Shown: positions 11,908 to 24,953, counted from the first letter of the whole stretch. The stretch is 54,802 nucleotides of DNA, filler included, from Calcarisporiella thermophila CBS 279.70 (GCF_041956535.1; 8 parts of 7 records of this genome joined end to end with filler, not necessarily neighbours in it); one strand, 5' to 3'. Numbers and translations: made by a program. The notes: generated by a model not told the origin, from the sequence alone.

Positions 11908-14117
11908 CGCTATGAACTGTATCCAAAGTTTAATCCGCACATTAGACTACAGACCTGGAGAAATTCAAGCGCAATTTATGGCGGTTGGGTTTGATGGCGC
12001 AGTCGCAGAAATAGTTTCATGTTTCACCAGCGGTGGCACGCTTTTGCTTCGTTCGGATGAAGACCTAAAGAAGTCATTGTATAAAGTACAATCTTTGATA
12101 ATAACGCCCACTGGACTTCAACACTTGGAGCCAGAAAATGTTCCTAATCTTCGTGTAGTGACGTTGGTCGGAGAATCTGTGTCACGAGCACTAGTGGAAA
12201 AATGGCTACCTCATGTAAGGGTGTTCAACGGCTATGGTCCAACAGAAACAAGTTTGGGCACCAGCATACAGGAGCTCGAGAGCAAGAAGAAAGTCGGGGT
12301 TGGACGCCCCTTCAACAATGTATCATATTATGTACTAGATCACAACATGGAAAAAGTTCCAGTGGGTACCGTGGGTGAGCTGTATATCGCTGGTCCAGGT
12401 GTTTCCAAGGGATATATTAATAGACCAGATCTTACTACCGAACGATTCATTAAGAATCCTTTCAAGCCTGGAACCACCATGTACAGATCAGGAGATATGG
12501 TTCGGTGGAACCAGGATGGAAATCTGGAGATAATCGGAAGGGCAGACGACCAAGTCAAACTAAATGGTTACCGCTTAGAGCTTGGCGAGGTGGCTGCCGC
12601 CCTCAGTGCATATCCCGGAGTCGAATTAGGGGTTGCCTTGATCAAAGACAGCACACTGATCGGGTTTGTTTCGCCAGCCAACGTGGACACTGAATCGCTT
12701 AGAGAATCGCTTTTCGATTTCCTCCCAGAGTACATGGTACCTGCCATCATTATTGCACAGGAGAGTTTGCCAATGACGGTCAATGGCAAGATTGATAAAG
12801 CCAAACTGGAAGAGATATCACTTCCAACCTGGAGTCTTGAACTTCCTCTGACAGACACTCAAAGGCTAGTGATCCATTGTATCGCGTCCGTTCTCAATAT
12901 CGATGCCGACCTTATTGATCTGCATTCATCATTCTTTTCCCTTGGGGGCGACTCTATTTCAGCCATTGCGTTGGTTTCTGCTCTCAGCAAACATGGCCAC
13001 AATCTCAGCCTTCCCCAAGTATTCAGAGCACTCACGCCGGCAAGACTAGCTGCTCTAATGCAAGAGAAGCATGTTACACCGGCTCTCCCCTCGGACAGTG
13101 TGGTTCAAGCCGCTTCTGACCTCCAGAGCCTAATTATTAAGCTTATGGCTGAAGTCCTCAAGGTTGACGCTAGCCGGATTGACCACAACACGTCGTTCTT
13201 TGCTCTTGGTGGCGATTCGATTTCCGCCCTTTCCTTGGTCTCCGCCTTCCGCCAAAACGGTCTTCCTATTACACTCAAGCAGCTATTCAAATCACCTACG
13301 CCAGCAAGACTAATAGCTGAATCTTCCCTATCTGAGGAAATGACCACCCAATCTGTAGCTAGTCATATGGACCTCAACCTCCCCCAACCCGCCCCTTTGA
13401 AGCCTATTCGAATCCTCTGTTTGCATGGCTCAGAGATGAACGGAGAAATTATGCGATTGAAGATGGCCACTTTAGAGAATGCTCTCAGTTCGTCCATCAC
13501 CTTCCAATATATTGACGCATGCTTTAGTTCTACCTCATCTTGTAAGTATAGTATTGTTCTTCACGAATTATTTTACCTCTGCTTAACTGAATTTCTCTAT
13601 AGCCACCCTGGAAATACGTAAATTCTACGATGAGCCGCTGTTAAGATGGCTCCCAAGCGAATCCCCTCAAAGCGCACACGTGAGACGAGCTATTCATCAC
13701 GTACTCGCCTATTTAACTCTTGAAGGGGGAGTGGATGGTCTCCTTGGGTTTAGTGAAGGATCGTGTATAATCGAATTGCTTGACCGCATGGCGGAGAGTG
13801 GGGAGATTCAACGACAATGGAATTTCAGTATCCATATCTCGGGTGCTATGCTTAATGCTACGCCTGATTCCGAAAATATTTATGCCAGCTGGGCAAGGGC
13901 TGAGTCATGTCCACGTATAGCCATTCCTTCCGTTCATTGCCTGAGCCCTAAAGACAATAACTACCAAGGAAACTTGGAGATCCGTGAACGATATGATCCT
14001 GCATTGAGCCACTCTCTTGAACACGATCTCGGCCACACTATCCCTCAAACCTTCGAGACGGCTAATCTCCTGGGGTCGCTTATTATGGAAGTAGCGAAGA
14101 AGAGCCAAAAATGTTAA
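11908..14117 (+). CDS. 3' part of NRPS: A(partial)-T-T-FSH1 serine hydrolase; intron 13542-13602
   Basis: A motifs FDGAV, NGYGPTE, GELYIAGPGVSKGY, YRSGD, GRADDQVK, LPEYMVP, NGKID. Two FF.LGGDSISA carrier motifs. The GTAAGT..TAG intron fuses in frame to a hydrolase with GFSEG, SPKD and HDLGH. Confidence 0.92.
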
Positions 14118-15728
14118 CTTATAGCAGCAGGTGGTCATTGATACTAGACCTTTATGGCCATCCTACTTTAATTATCTCTGAAAACAAATTATACTGAACA
14201 TTCTACTTTATTATTTGATCGCTTGTTTTCTTAGATACAAACTGTATTGTCAATATCCTCTATAAATATAAATATCTTATTTCATTCTAACACCATCATT
14301 TCTAAGAAAGCTATATCTAGACATCCAACAATTCCTTATATGATGAGGAAGCGCAGCAGGAATCACCCTCCCTATCAAATTCAGACCTGTTGAGCATATA
14401 ACCTCTCCATAACCTTTTTTTAAGTACACTATTTGTAGAGCGGCGTTTATGTTTAGCTTGCCTGTGCACTTATTTCTTTTAGACATTTGATTTTTGAGCA
14501 AGATCCAAATTCATGAACTCTGGCTACCCAGCGAAATAGCAAACTAAGCCGCCCAGGAATCTGGCCCAGCTGATGAATGCTTGGGAGCCAAATCCAGCCA
14601 TGGTTGCAGACGGCTCTCATTCCATCGTTGAATTTTCGGGTCAACTCTCCAAGACCTTCAATCTTACCCAGTCAATCATTGGGGCTAAAATTCTGGAGCT
14701 ATTCATAAGCCGGAGAATGCAATACAGCCGAATTATTTGCCAAACGGTATCAGGGATTCACAAGCAAAAGGGATGGAGCAAGTAATGTAATTAGGCAGTA
14801 GGTCTTGGCTGCTTCTTTGATATAAGCCTTTCGGAGCTACCATTACATGGTATCCACTCTTTAAGAACCGATTAGAGCTTCTTGAACGCAAACTACCTTA
14901 AATAAATGGTATACTGTATGTTTTACCTTTGTGCGAGTATTCATCCTGTGGGAATCGCAAACCTACCAACGTGATAAAATAGCGTTTTTAAGCCCTACAT
15001 CGTAGCACACCAGCCAACCTTAGAGCCGGCCATGGAAGTAAGTAATAAATTTAAAAGACTACCATGAACTCAAACAGGATTGCCTTACGGCACTAGTTCA
15101 TCACGATGTACTATTTATTTTATATTTTTTGACAATAGTACGTATCCGCTCACGATATGCTGAGAATGGTTTTGCGCAGCTTGTAAACCGAATACTAGCT
15201 ATAGCAACGAGGGAGATTACTAATAATCGGCCTGATATCGTACCGTTGTATCCTAAAACCCTGTCATACCCTCCGTGAATCTCCGTTTAGGTACTAATTA
15301 TTTCTCAACCGGTGCCCAGCTTCGTGGGAATGCGTAGGGTCAATGCGAGCTTGTTGCGAAGACGGGCGTCTCGCTCTCCACTGCGGCATGACCAAACTGA
15401 GACTAGCTCGGAACTTGCAGAAGGCTGCGGAATTTTTTTCACGCTCGATGAGATGCAAGGTTTCCGGCATTTGACGCAGCCAGACTCGTGATTTGTGGGG
15501 AGGGTTAGCCGCGGGCCGTTGCCTATAGAAGGTCTTGACTCACATTGCCCTCTCGCGCAGCAGACTTGTGAGTCAAGGGCCTTGACTCAAGGTCCGTGCA
15601 GGAATCCGATGCGGGGAATCGAGGGTGGTGATTGGCCGGCGCCTGTGGCCCAGTCTCGGGATTTGCCCCGAAGCTCGCACTTATAACAAAAGACAGGCTC
15701 CAGCAAAGTGCTCGCTACCGCTGCAAAA

Positions 15729-17922
15729 ATGCTCCTCAACGTCTCAGCTGATACAATGTGGAGGGCCGCCCTGGCTCTCGCCGCCATCGTTGCGGTGGCG
15801 GGGGCTCGCGCTCTCCTTGGTTTCCTTGTCCCCCCACGCCAGCTTCGCCAGGTTCCCAGTGTGCCCGCGCTACCGTTCCTGTGGGCCCTGCTGCGGATGG
15901 ACCCGTTTGAAAAGACGAGCAGGCGCTTCATCATGCCCGCGGTCAAGGGAAAAGGTGCCGCATCGGTAAGAGGCTTCTTTGAGATTAGTTGCTGGAAGGA
16001 TCGAGCTAACAGGAGAGGCGGCCAATGGCCACAGGTGTGGATGGCGGGAAGGTGGGGGCTGTTCCTCAGCAGCCCGGCGTATGTGAAGTTCTTCATGACG
16101 CACACAGGTACGCTCCCCATTTTGGCCCTTGTCGAAAAAAGGCTGCGGCTGAATGCATGCTTGTGCTAGATGCAATCCCAAAGGTCAGCACTGAGTCGCA
16201 GGGCAAGTTTATCCTTGACTTTTTCGGAGCAGAGAACGTCGCGTCCAGCAACGGAGAGGTACTGAGTTGTAGCGCACCGGCGCAATTCTATTTGCTAACC
16301 TAAGAGTTGTACCTAGGAATGGCGGCGCCACAGAAAAGTGCGTAACCTCGGCTGTTCTTTTAACCTCCGGATTAACCAGATCCGAATGCCTTTTCTTGCC
16401 CCTTTTTTTTTCCCTAGGTTCTGAATCCAGCATTCCGCCACACCATCCCTACACAGCCATTCGGAGATTGCACCCTTGAGCTGTTTGAGCATATTGATTC
16501 AGCCATCTCCCGCAACGATGCCGTCGACATCCCGCTGCTCATGCGAAGGCTAACTCTGGATGCGCTGGGCAAGGCGCTCTTCAATTTCAATTTCAATGCT
16601 CTGCGGGATCCCGATAATGAATATTGCAGAATGTACAACGGCACTTTCGACGGATTGATCAATCCTTTCCGTATACTCTTTCCCAAAGCCGATCCGCTGA
16701 TCTCCCTGTTCGAGAGGAATGTCACAAAATCTCTCCGCGGCTTGAATAAGGTAGCTCGATTTTTAATGGCTATATCCCATGGCTATCGATGTAGACTCAT
16801 TGTATATATGCGTATTCCATTATTTCCATAGCTTGTTTATAATATTATCGATACAAGGACAAAAGAAATTAAAGCAGGCTTGTTTGATAATGCGGAGGAG
16901 CGCGATAAAGATATGCTGACTCTGATGATTGAGGCCTCAAACGCGGACAATGAGAGTAATTGGACCACCGAGGATATCAAGGTTAGATTATTTTCTAATG
17001 CCCTGCTGCGAGATTATATCAAAAATGAATCGATCTATTCATGCGTAGAATAACTTGATGGTATTCTTTCTTGCCGGCCACGATACTACTCAAGCGTAAA
17101 CTATCCAACTCGTAGCAATACCTAGAAAATGCTATTAATGTTTTCGATCCATTAGATCCCTATCCGTGGCTATCTACTTCCTTGCCATCTTCCCCGAGAT
17201 ACAGGAGCTTGCCCGCCAAGAGGTCGATCGCATCCTCGGAGATGCCGATCGCATGCAAATACCCAGCGTAGAACAATGTCGGAATATGAAGTATATTGAG
17301 TGTATCGTGAAGGAGGTAATGTATGGATGGTTCCCTCCTATATATGATCCATGCGCCTTATGGTTTCCTTTTGGTGAAAGACTCTTCGGATTCATCCCCC
17401 AGCACCCAACATTGGACCGAGAGTGGTGAAAGAAGCGATAGATATGGATGGGTTGATGTTGCCTAAGGGTACCTACCTATTCGCGGATTTCTACACAATG
17501 CAAAACTCGCCTGAGTATTGGAAAAATCCAGACAAATTTTGGCCCGAAAGATTCCTCCCGGAAAACAATCCGCCCCGTGATGCGTGGATGCCATTTGGAG
17601 GAGGATCGCGCATCTGTGTAATTATTATTAATGGTCTTACTTTATATTGGCAGCATGTCAATTTTTTTTTTCTTGCTGATATTAGTTGGGCATGCAGTTC
17701 TCGTTGACTGAGCAGCGTGTAGTGCTCTCTATGCTACGTAAGTGCTCTGGTCTTAAAAAGCTAGGTTATTTTGAGCTCTATATTGACAGCATAAATCTAG
17801 TGCGAAACTATACCTGGAAATTGCCCGCAAACTCGCCTCATGAGAAGGAACTGCAAGTGCAAGGTCTCTTCGGCGTTCTGCGATTACAAGATGTGTTGAT
17901 TCAATTTGAAAAGCGGAATTAG
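15729..17922 (+). CDS. Cytochrome P450, multi-exon
   Basis: N-terminal membrane anchor and Pro-rich hinge, WRRHRK, LAGHDTT, KE|TLR (ExxR), WPERF, heme motif PFGGGSRIC|LG. Many short GT-AG introns. Confidence 0.95.
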
Positions 17923-18378
17923 GCGCTAATTAGACATTTCTCCCTTATGTGGAATCTAGCGTATGTTTATCGTGGTTTGTGTAAGCTATGTGGCTCTATC
18001 ATAATATTCATGCATAGTTTGAATGCTGTCATACTATATATCAATACCAACATTTTAGCTTGAATTGAGGATATGAATAAATTGGAAATAATCCACTTCT
18101 TGAACCATATCTGTAGAGAATTGACACTGATGTACTATTACCAGGGCAAAGAAGGGGTGAGTGGAAACTGAATTCTATTGCTTCTATTGGGGTCCCATAA
18201 TAAACGGTGGGGGAGAGAAAATTAAAGGGGAAATTAGAAATCGGTGAATGGGATGGAATTCGATATAGATTGATTCCATAACAACTTTTCAATTTTGCTA
18301 CGAGTCGGTTTATACGATATTATTTGAATTATAACCTTTAGGCAATTACATTACAGGAGGGACACAGATTAGAGCTGA

Positions 18379-18435
18379 CTAGGGTTGAGGTGGGACAAGT
18401 GGCGAGAGAGGGGCGCTCTACCTCTCGCCACTTGT
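18379..18435 (-). mobile_element. Helitron-like 3' end
   Basis: Perfect 14-bp stem (ACAAGTGGCGAGAG / CTCTCGCCACTTGT). On the minus strand it is followed 12 nt later by CTAG, then T. Confidence 0.55.
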
Positions 18436-18839
18436 GACGAGCAAAACGGAAAAGATAGCAAACATATACGAGGTATTTCATAAGCAGCAAAGGCGATTAG
18501 TGGTCACTTCAATCTAGAAGAGGTCACTCAATGAGTCAAATGGAAACCTTAAAGATTTAGTTATAAACCACTCGAGATTGCACTTGGAAAATTATCGACT
18601 TCAGACGTCATGAAGCGTATATAGTTGAATTGAATCATATTAAACCATGTGCGAAAAACAATAATTGGTAAGGATCTTTTTCAAGAGATAAGATCCATCC
18701 AATTTCAATTGAGGTGTCATAAGAGGTACTAGGGGTATTTACAGCGTTTTACATATGTTGTTTTATCATATCCTGTAATTTAAAATCATGATATCTATCT
18801 GAGAAGGAGTAGAAAGTTAATAGTCAAAATTTTCAAACA

Positions 18840-20524
18840 TCATATGGTCGCTAGTATTGGCCCATTGAATTCGCCCTTCATGCCCATCTCCCAAACCAAT
18901 ATTTTGCGAGAGCCAATGATGATGGCAAGATAGGCAGATACGGAACTCTTTTCGCACCATTTTCTTATGTCGGAATTCTTCCAATAACTCAACAATTGGT
19001 CTCGTGGCCCTCCCCCTGATTGAACCCACTGAATAACCGTCTGGCGATGCCGGAAGCGATCGCTGTAATTCAAATGAAGCTGGGCTAAGGATTGGGGGGT
19101 CGAAAATATCGCCATGAGACAGTGCCTTCTGGCCATGTGTGTGTTGGAAATTGGGCCACAGGCGAAATATCAAGATATCCAACTGGATAACTTTTAGCTC
19201 AATAATTACCATGCGATGCATATTTGGTATATGGATCATTAAATTGATCCGTCCCTTTGGATCATTCACCTGTGAAAATAAGACCAAAGTATCATCCCAC
19301 TGGATTCTGAGTGATAAAAACGGCTGCCCTATGAAAATAATATCTTGCCTTTGTAATGTGAAAATCTCCAAAGCTCCGCCGTAGAAGCGGGATATTGAAA
19401 ACCGAAATGAGGCTATCACGATGCTGTTCGTTCTTCTCAAAAGCACTGCATTCGACATTGCGAGTGGCTATTAGCTTTTGGTAACAACCCATAAAGGGCA
19501 GGATGTTTCCAGCCGACGTAATAGCTCGGAGGGCATGTTCAATATCCGATACCCGCAACTTATGGTGTTCTAAAATAGCTAGGACGAACCGATTTAAAGC
19601 CGTATTATTCGGAATTTGCAGATACTTGTTAAGTTGCTGACTATCGAAAGTAAGACTGCCAACATAGTACATCAAATTTAGCCATGCCGTATTGCTCTCT
19701 CCGATTCCTACCTATAAAAAATGGGAGTAAAATGAGTTTCTTTATATATAGTATTATCACAAAATCTTCTACAACACACTATATAAATATAAAGATATAG
19801 AAAACTTACCCTAAGTGAAAGAGGATATTCCATCTCCATAGACCTATTTAGAATTTTGGCGTCCCAGGCAAGGTTACTTGATAAATTATCGATTTTCGAG
19901 GTAACTTCTTCGAGCACTGTGAATGCCATAGACGATGAAGTAAGTCTCAGAAGCAACCTCTCAGAAATTTCAAAATTGGAAGGATCAGAAGTATCCATTG
20001 GGCATCTTCTCAGCAAACACTGATATAGCACGAAAAAACAATTGTCAGTTAAGTATCGACCATGTGCTCTACTTGTGCCTAATACCTATTTGTAAATATT
20101 TTAAGCAAAAATTTGTGTTGAAAACATATGGGCCTTCCGTGGTTGGAGAGAAGAGATAGCCGCCGAAATTATATTCCATAATTTGAAAATGTCGTATTAT
20201 ATCATGAGATGAGTTGCATACGCCGGGGAGTTTCAGTGCGGCCAACACTTCATTTTTGCTAAGGCCACAGAGTCCAGAGGGTAGTGGATCAGTAGATATA
20301 TTCGTTGCGAAATCGATGGCGCATCTTCGGTCGGCCAAGGAGAGTGGTGTCACGCCAGTGATGAAACATTTATTGAGGCGTTGATATCCCATACGACTCT
20401 TCACACATGCCCAGAAGTCTCTAAGTAACGAGTGTCTATTTTCACGAAGCATATCCCGGTCGTCACGATCATCGATATTTAGAAATTCGTTGGTAAAAGC
20501 ATCATATTCGTCAGCCAGAAGATA
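18840..20524 (-). pseudogene. AAA-ATPase-like (PF09820-type) plus PD-(D/E)xK nuclease gene, frameshifted and Tc1-disrupted
   Basis: Walker B YLLADEYD, FITGVTPLSL, LCGLS, FGGYLFS, GRINL..IIELK, IIIGSRKILVWEM. Split over several frames; the 5' part is cut off by a Tc1 TIR. Confidence 0.75.
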
Positions 20525-21038
20525 CAGGTTGCCGAAAAACTGTTGCAATGATATGTCATATTTCCTATATTAATTAATTAATCAATAACTACCCTAGAAG
20601 AATGATCGGAATATTATTGTAAAAATGTACAACATTGAGACTAGTTTTATTAATACGTGATATCCATGTTTAAAAAAGAAAACCTATGTCCTTTACAGAT
20701 ATACCACTTATATAGACAGTTTTCACAAATTGCGTATTGCACTCTTTTTTACTAATATTTTGTGTGATCTCCTTTTGCATTATATACAGCACGCACTCGC
20801 TCCGGCATGCTTGCATAGAGCTAGCTGACAAATTCTACACCTATGCTTTCCCATTCTTTCTCAATACGTTCCTATAGTTTATCCTTGTTCTTCGGAAGTC
20901 GTTGATAATAGCTTAGCCTTCGTTTCAGTTCGCTCCACATATGCTCCATTATATTGAGATCAGGAGACTGCGAAGGCCATTCTAGCACATCTATCCTCTT
21001 GTTTCGTAACCATTCCCTGGTTACCTTGGACGTATGTC
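20525..21038 (-). mobile_element. 3' end of a second Tc1 family element (transposase C-terminus plus TIR)
   Basis: Near-identical reverse complement of 24404-24953 apart from a ~40-bp deletion. TA|CAGGTTGCCGAAAAACTGTTGCAA terminus. Confidence 0.9.
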
Positions 21039-22749
21039 NNNNNNNNNNNNNNNNNNNNNNNNNNNNNNNNNNNNNNNNNNNNTTAATTAATTAANNNNNN
21101 NNNNNNNNNNNNNNNNNNNNNNNNNNNNNNNNNNNNNNTTTCTGATGCCTGTTAATCTCTTTTATTAAGAACGACAAAGGATACTTTTTAATAAAGAGCC
21201 TCCTAAAAAAAATTGCATACTTCTCTCGCTAAACATTTGATTTCTACTGACATCTATCCCGTTTTCTTTAATTCCTTTTTAATTCCTTTGATTTTCTTAC
21301 TCTTTTTAAATCTACTGGATATAACATATTGTTATAACCAATATTTCACCTTGAATAATTTTACTAACTTAGCTTTTTATTTCTCTTTTGTAACCAAGAG
21401 GCTTTACAGCGAGTTTATTGAATATTAATATTAAAAAAAAACGAAAAACAGCCACACTATGCTAGTGCACCTGTTTTCAGAACTTCACCAGATAGAAAAA
21501 AGTATGAGCCAAGTGAAAAAGACCTCAGTCAGAACCCAAGCATAGAGCCCATCGTTAGAGACCTCTGAAGTATAATATAATACCGGAAGCATCACTAGCA
21601 GATGACTGGAGATCCACACGTAAAATATGTTCCCTAGGAATACCTGAAACAATTGCCTATGCCTTCCTTGACTGTCCGGCTATCGCACAACTCTAGTAAA
21701 GAGTTGGTTACGAAAGAAGACAGGTTATTTTGACATTACAAACAATTGGACCAATGCTTTAACGAAATTGTCGCTCTGAACCACAATATTGCTCTTTTGA
21801 TAATATACTAAATAAGACTTGAAATAGTGCAGGAGATACTCAACCTAATCCAATAGACGTATCCAAACAATTTGATTACGAATTGCAGCAAAGAATAGGC
21901 CAAAATAGTGGATGGGTTATGAAGCAGGATCTGGAAGAAGAATTTATAGTCAAATGATCAAGGGGAAACTGGTTGAAAGTCATAGACGAAACTGTGATAT
22001 TTATCCAGGACACCTCTGAACATCAAACCACACTCTCAACATAAATCAACTACATCGTGAGAGCCGCATCCAACCCCTTTCAGTTGTATATCATAGTCCA
22101 TTCCTTTTCTTTTTTTCTCTCCTCTTTAAATCTATTATTCTATTTCGTATACATAAACAACATATTTAAATGCTATTGCATACCACACCTATTTTCCTTC
22201 TTTTTTTAAAGTTCTCTCTCTTGTTTTTCATACTTCCCTCTTCCTTTTCCTGCTAGATAGACCAGGGGTATTACATGGGTATTTTTGACGTAATAGCTAT
22301 CCTACCTTTTAATAGGATAGAATACTTTTCAATATATACTCTTTGTTATAAAAAACTGTGCGTGCGCTCCAATAGTATAACAATAATCAAGTTATATCAT
22401 GCGACAAAAATAATAAGCAGCAAAAATCCTAAGGAGATATAATAATACAAAAAAAAAAAAAGAGAGGCCAGGGGCGGTACCTAGATGACTTTGACATAGA
22501 TGTCCACCCTTCCATTCACTTCAGTTTAAAATTATAAAGTGGCAGAAAAAATATCCTCAACCCTTTGATTATCTCCAGATTAGGCGAGAATGTAAGGTTA
22601 GCCATACAGATTCAATAGCTGGTGGGGTCTAAAATCACAAATTTTGATCACATCTCTCTTCTTCGAATAAATGCCGCGCTTTCTAGATATTTAAAGCCGA
22701 CTTCTATTTAAAGTACCGTGACGATAAGTGCCAGAAAAAAAAAGAAGGC

Positions 22750-22831
22750 TGACGAGAGTGGGATTCGAACCCACGCCTCCGAAGAGATCACGGCCTTAAC
22801 GTGACGCCTTAGACCGCTCGGCCATCTCGCC
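22750..22831 (-). tRNA. tRNA-Leu, anticodon AAG
   Basis: GGCGAGA/TCTCGTC acceptor stem, D-arm TGGCCGAGCGGTCTAAGG, anticodon arm TCACG-TTAAGGC-CGTGA, long variable arm, GGTTCGAATCC, downstream oligo-T. No encoded CCA. Confidence 0.97.
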
Positions 22832-23994
22832 ATGATGTTGCACGTGTTTNNNNNNNNNNNNNNNNNNNNNNNNNNNNNNNNNNNNNNNNNNNNTTAATTA
22901 ATTAANNNNNNNNNNNNNNNNNNNNNNNNNNNNNNNNNNNNNNNNNNNNAATTATAAAGATATAACAAACTAATTTGTATGATCCCATGTGACTGCTGAT
23001 AAAATCTATTTGAATAAAATATTTTTTCTCCCTCAAATTTCTGTTACAGGCAAAGGGAGATTTCGTGGAGAGCTGTGCGGATTCCTTAATAATAAAAATA
23101 AGAGATTGGTGTTTTAATAAAAGACTAATAATAAGACTAACAATAATGATAATAATAATAATAATATAATGAAATAATAGCTTATCCTCACCTTAATAAT
23201 AAAAATAAGAGATTGTTGAGGAACAGTAAAACAAAATAGAGGGGTTTAAATAGAATTAAGAGATAAAGAAAATAGCTCAACTGGTTTTCAAGGATGAACA
23301 AAGATAAACCAACAAAGTAGCAATCAACATCAACAAAGTAACCATGAGGGAGCATAAGAGTAACCACGAGGGGTCGGCAACGTAGCAGTAATCAATTCTA
23401 TTGGCTGCTCCACTTTAAAGATATCACGCTTCCTGTTTTTTGGGGGATTTATGGATCTTTATTGAAAAGTATCCTTTTAAGGTAGTATAGCGCCTTGTCA
23501 GGAGAAATACTCAAAAAAAATTGTCAGGAGAAATACATGTAAGTAGTGGTTGATCGTATGAATACCATACTATTTTTCAAGGACGGTATTATACAAGAGA
23601 GGAAAAGAATATGGACTAATATAGAAAGAAAAAAAAAAGAAAAACTGGAATGCGGGCGGTAGGGTATTCGGCAAGGTCGTATTGGAGTTAAGTGTTTTGG
23701 TTGAAGGATATTTCGTCTCCTTGGACTTGTATCCAACTTCCCTTACACAAAAGCTCTTGGAAATCTTCTTTCTTATCCTTGATATCGCGCTTCCTGAATG
23801 TTTTTTTTATCAATCAACGGAGACTTTATTAGTTTCCGTAGCTTACAAGAGTTTAATGATTACAATGAAATAAAGAAGGGGGGAATAAAGGGTAAATTAG
23901 ATGTATATAGTGATCGGGTATTTGGTGAAAGGTATGAAGTAAGGAGGAGGGGAGGAGGGAAAGAGCGGATTGGGAGAGAGGAAGGGTTGCTTCG

Positions 23995-24303
23995 TCACTC
24001 CAGTTTTAGTCTTGCTCTATCCGAACTTTCTATTACCGCTCCGTGACTGCACCACCTTCTTCGGAATAACTCTATCTCTCGTCTTTTTCGTGCTTTTATC
24101 AGTTCACCTCCGATAGCCTCCTCGATGTCCATTTTGGCACGGAGGATGATAGTCTCGGGTGATGCTCGAGTGCATTCGAAATGGTAGGCGATTCGGTCCC
24201 GATGGATTTGCCATAGCACCGAATCGAAGACGATTTGAGCCGCGTGTCTTACTGTCCTTGGGGCTTCTGGTAGGTCGCCAAGTACGAGGTTCCTGGGGCT
24301 CAG
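23995..24303 (-). mobile_element. C-terminal fragment of non-LTR (L1/Tx1-like) retrotransposon ORF2
   Basis: VLWQIHRDRIAYHFE...LFRRRW resembles the LWxIWxxRNxxxF...W tail of L1/Tx1 ORF2. Truncated by the spacer. Confidence 0.55.
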
Positions 24304-24403
24304 NNNNNNNNNNNNNNNNNNNNNNNNNNNNNNNNNNNNNNNNNNNNTTAATTAATTAANNNNNNNNNNNNNNNNNNNNNNNNNNNNNNNNNNNNNNNNN
24401 NNN

Positions 24404-24953
24404 CATACGTCCAAGGTAACCAGGGAATGGTTACGAAACAAGAGGATAGATGTGCTAGAATGGCCTTCGCAGTCTCCTGATCTCAATATAATGGAGCATA
24501 TGTGGAGCGAACTGAAACGAAGGCTAAGCTATTATCAACGACTTCCGAAGAACAAGGACGAACTGTGGGAACGTATTGAGAAAGAATGGGAGAGCATAGG
24601 TGTAGAATTTTTCAGCAAGCTCTATGCAAGTATGCCTGAGCGAGTGCGTGCTGTATATAATGCAATAGGAGGACACACAAAATATTAGTAAAAAAGAGTG
24701 CAATACGCAATTTGTGAAAACTGTCTATATAAGTGGCATATCTGTAAAGGACATTGCAACACTTTTTCCAACTTTAACCTCCCAGCATTATAGTTTTTCT
24801 TTTTTAAACATGGGTATCACGTATTAATAAAACTAGTCTCAATGTTGTACATTTTTACAATAATCTTCCGATCCATTCTTCTAGGGTAGTTATTGATTAA
24901 TTAATTAGTATAGGAAATATGACATATCATTGCAACAGTTTTTCGGCAACCTG
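24404..24953 (+). mobile_element. 3' end of Tc1 element (second family)
   Basis: [15 protein letters not shown]...SMPERV.AV..A.GGHTKY; ends TTTCGGCAACCTG|TA. Confidence 0.9.

Noticed and set aside
10999-14117. Apparent head-to-head NRPS pair
   Set aside because: Separated by an artificial spacer, so orientation and adjacency are not established.
14277-15010. Coding-like remnants between NRPS and P450
   Set aside because: Many stops and no motif I can assign.
15081-15097. Small hairpin plus CTAGT as a second Helitron end
   Set aside because: The stem is only 4 bp; chance-level evidence.
21139-22700. Decayed ORF-like sequence before the tRNA
   Set aside because: No recognisable domain.
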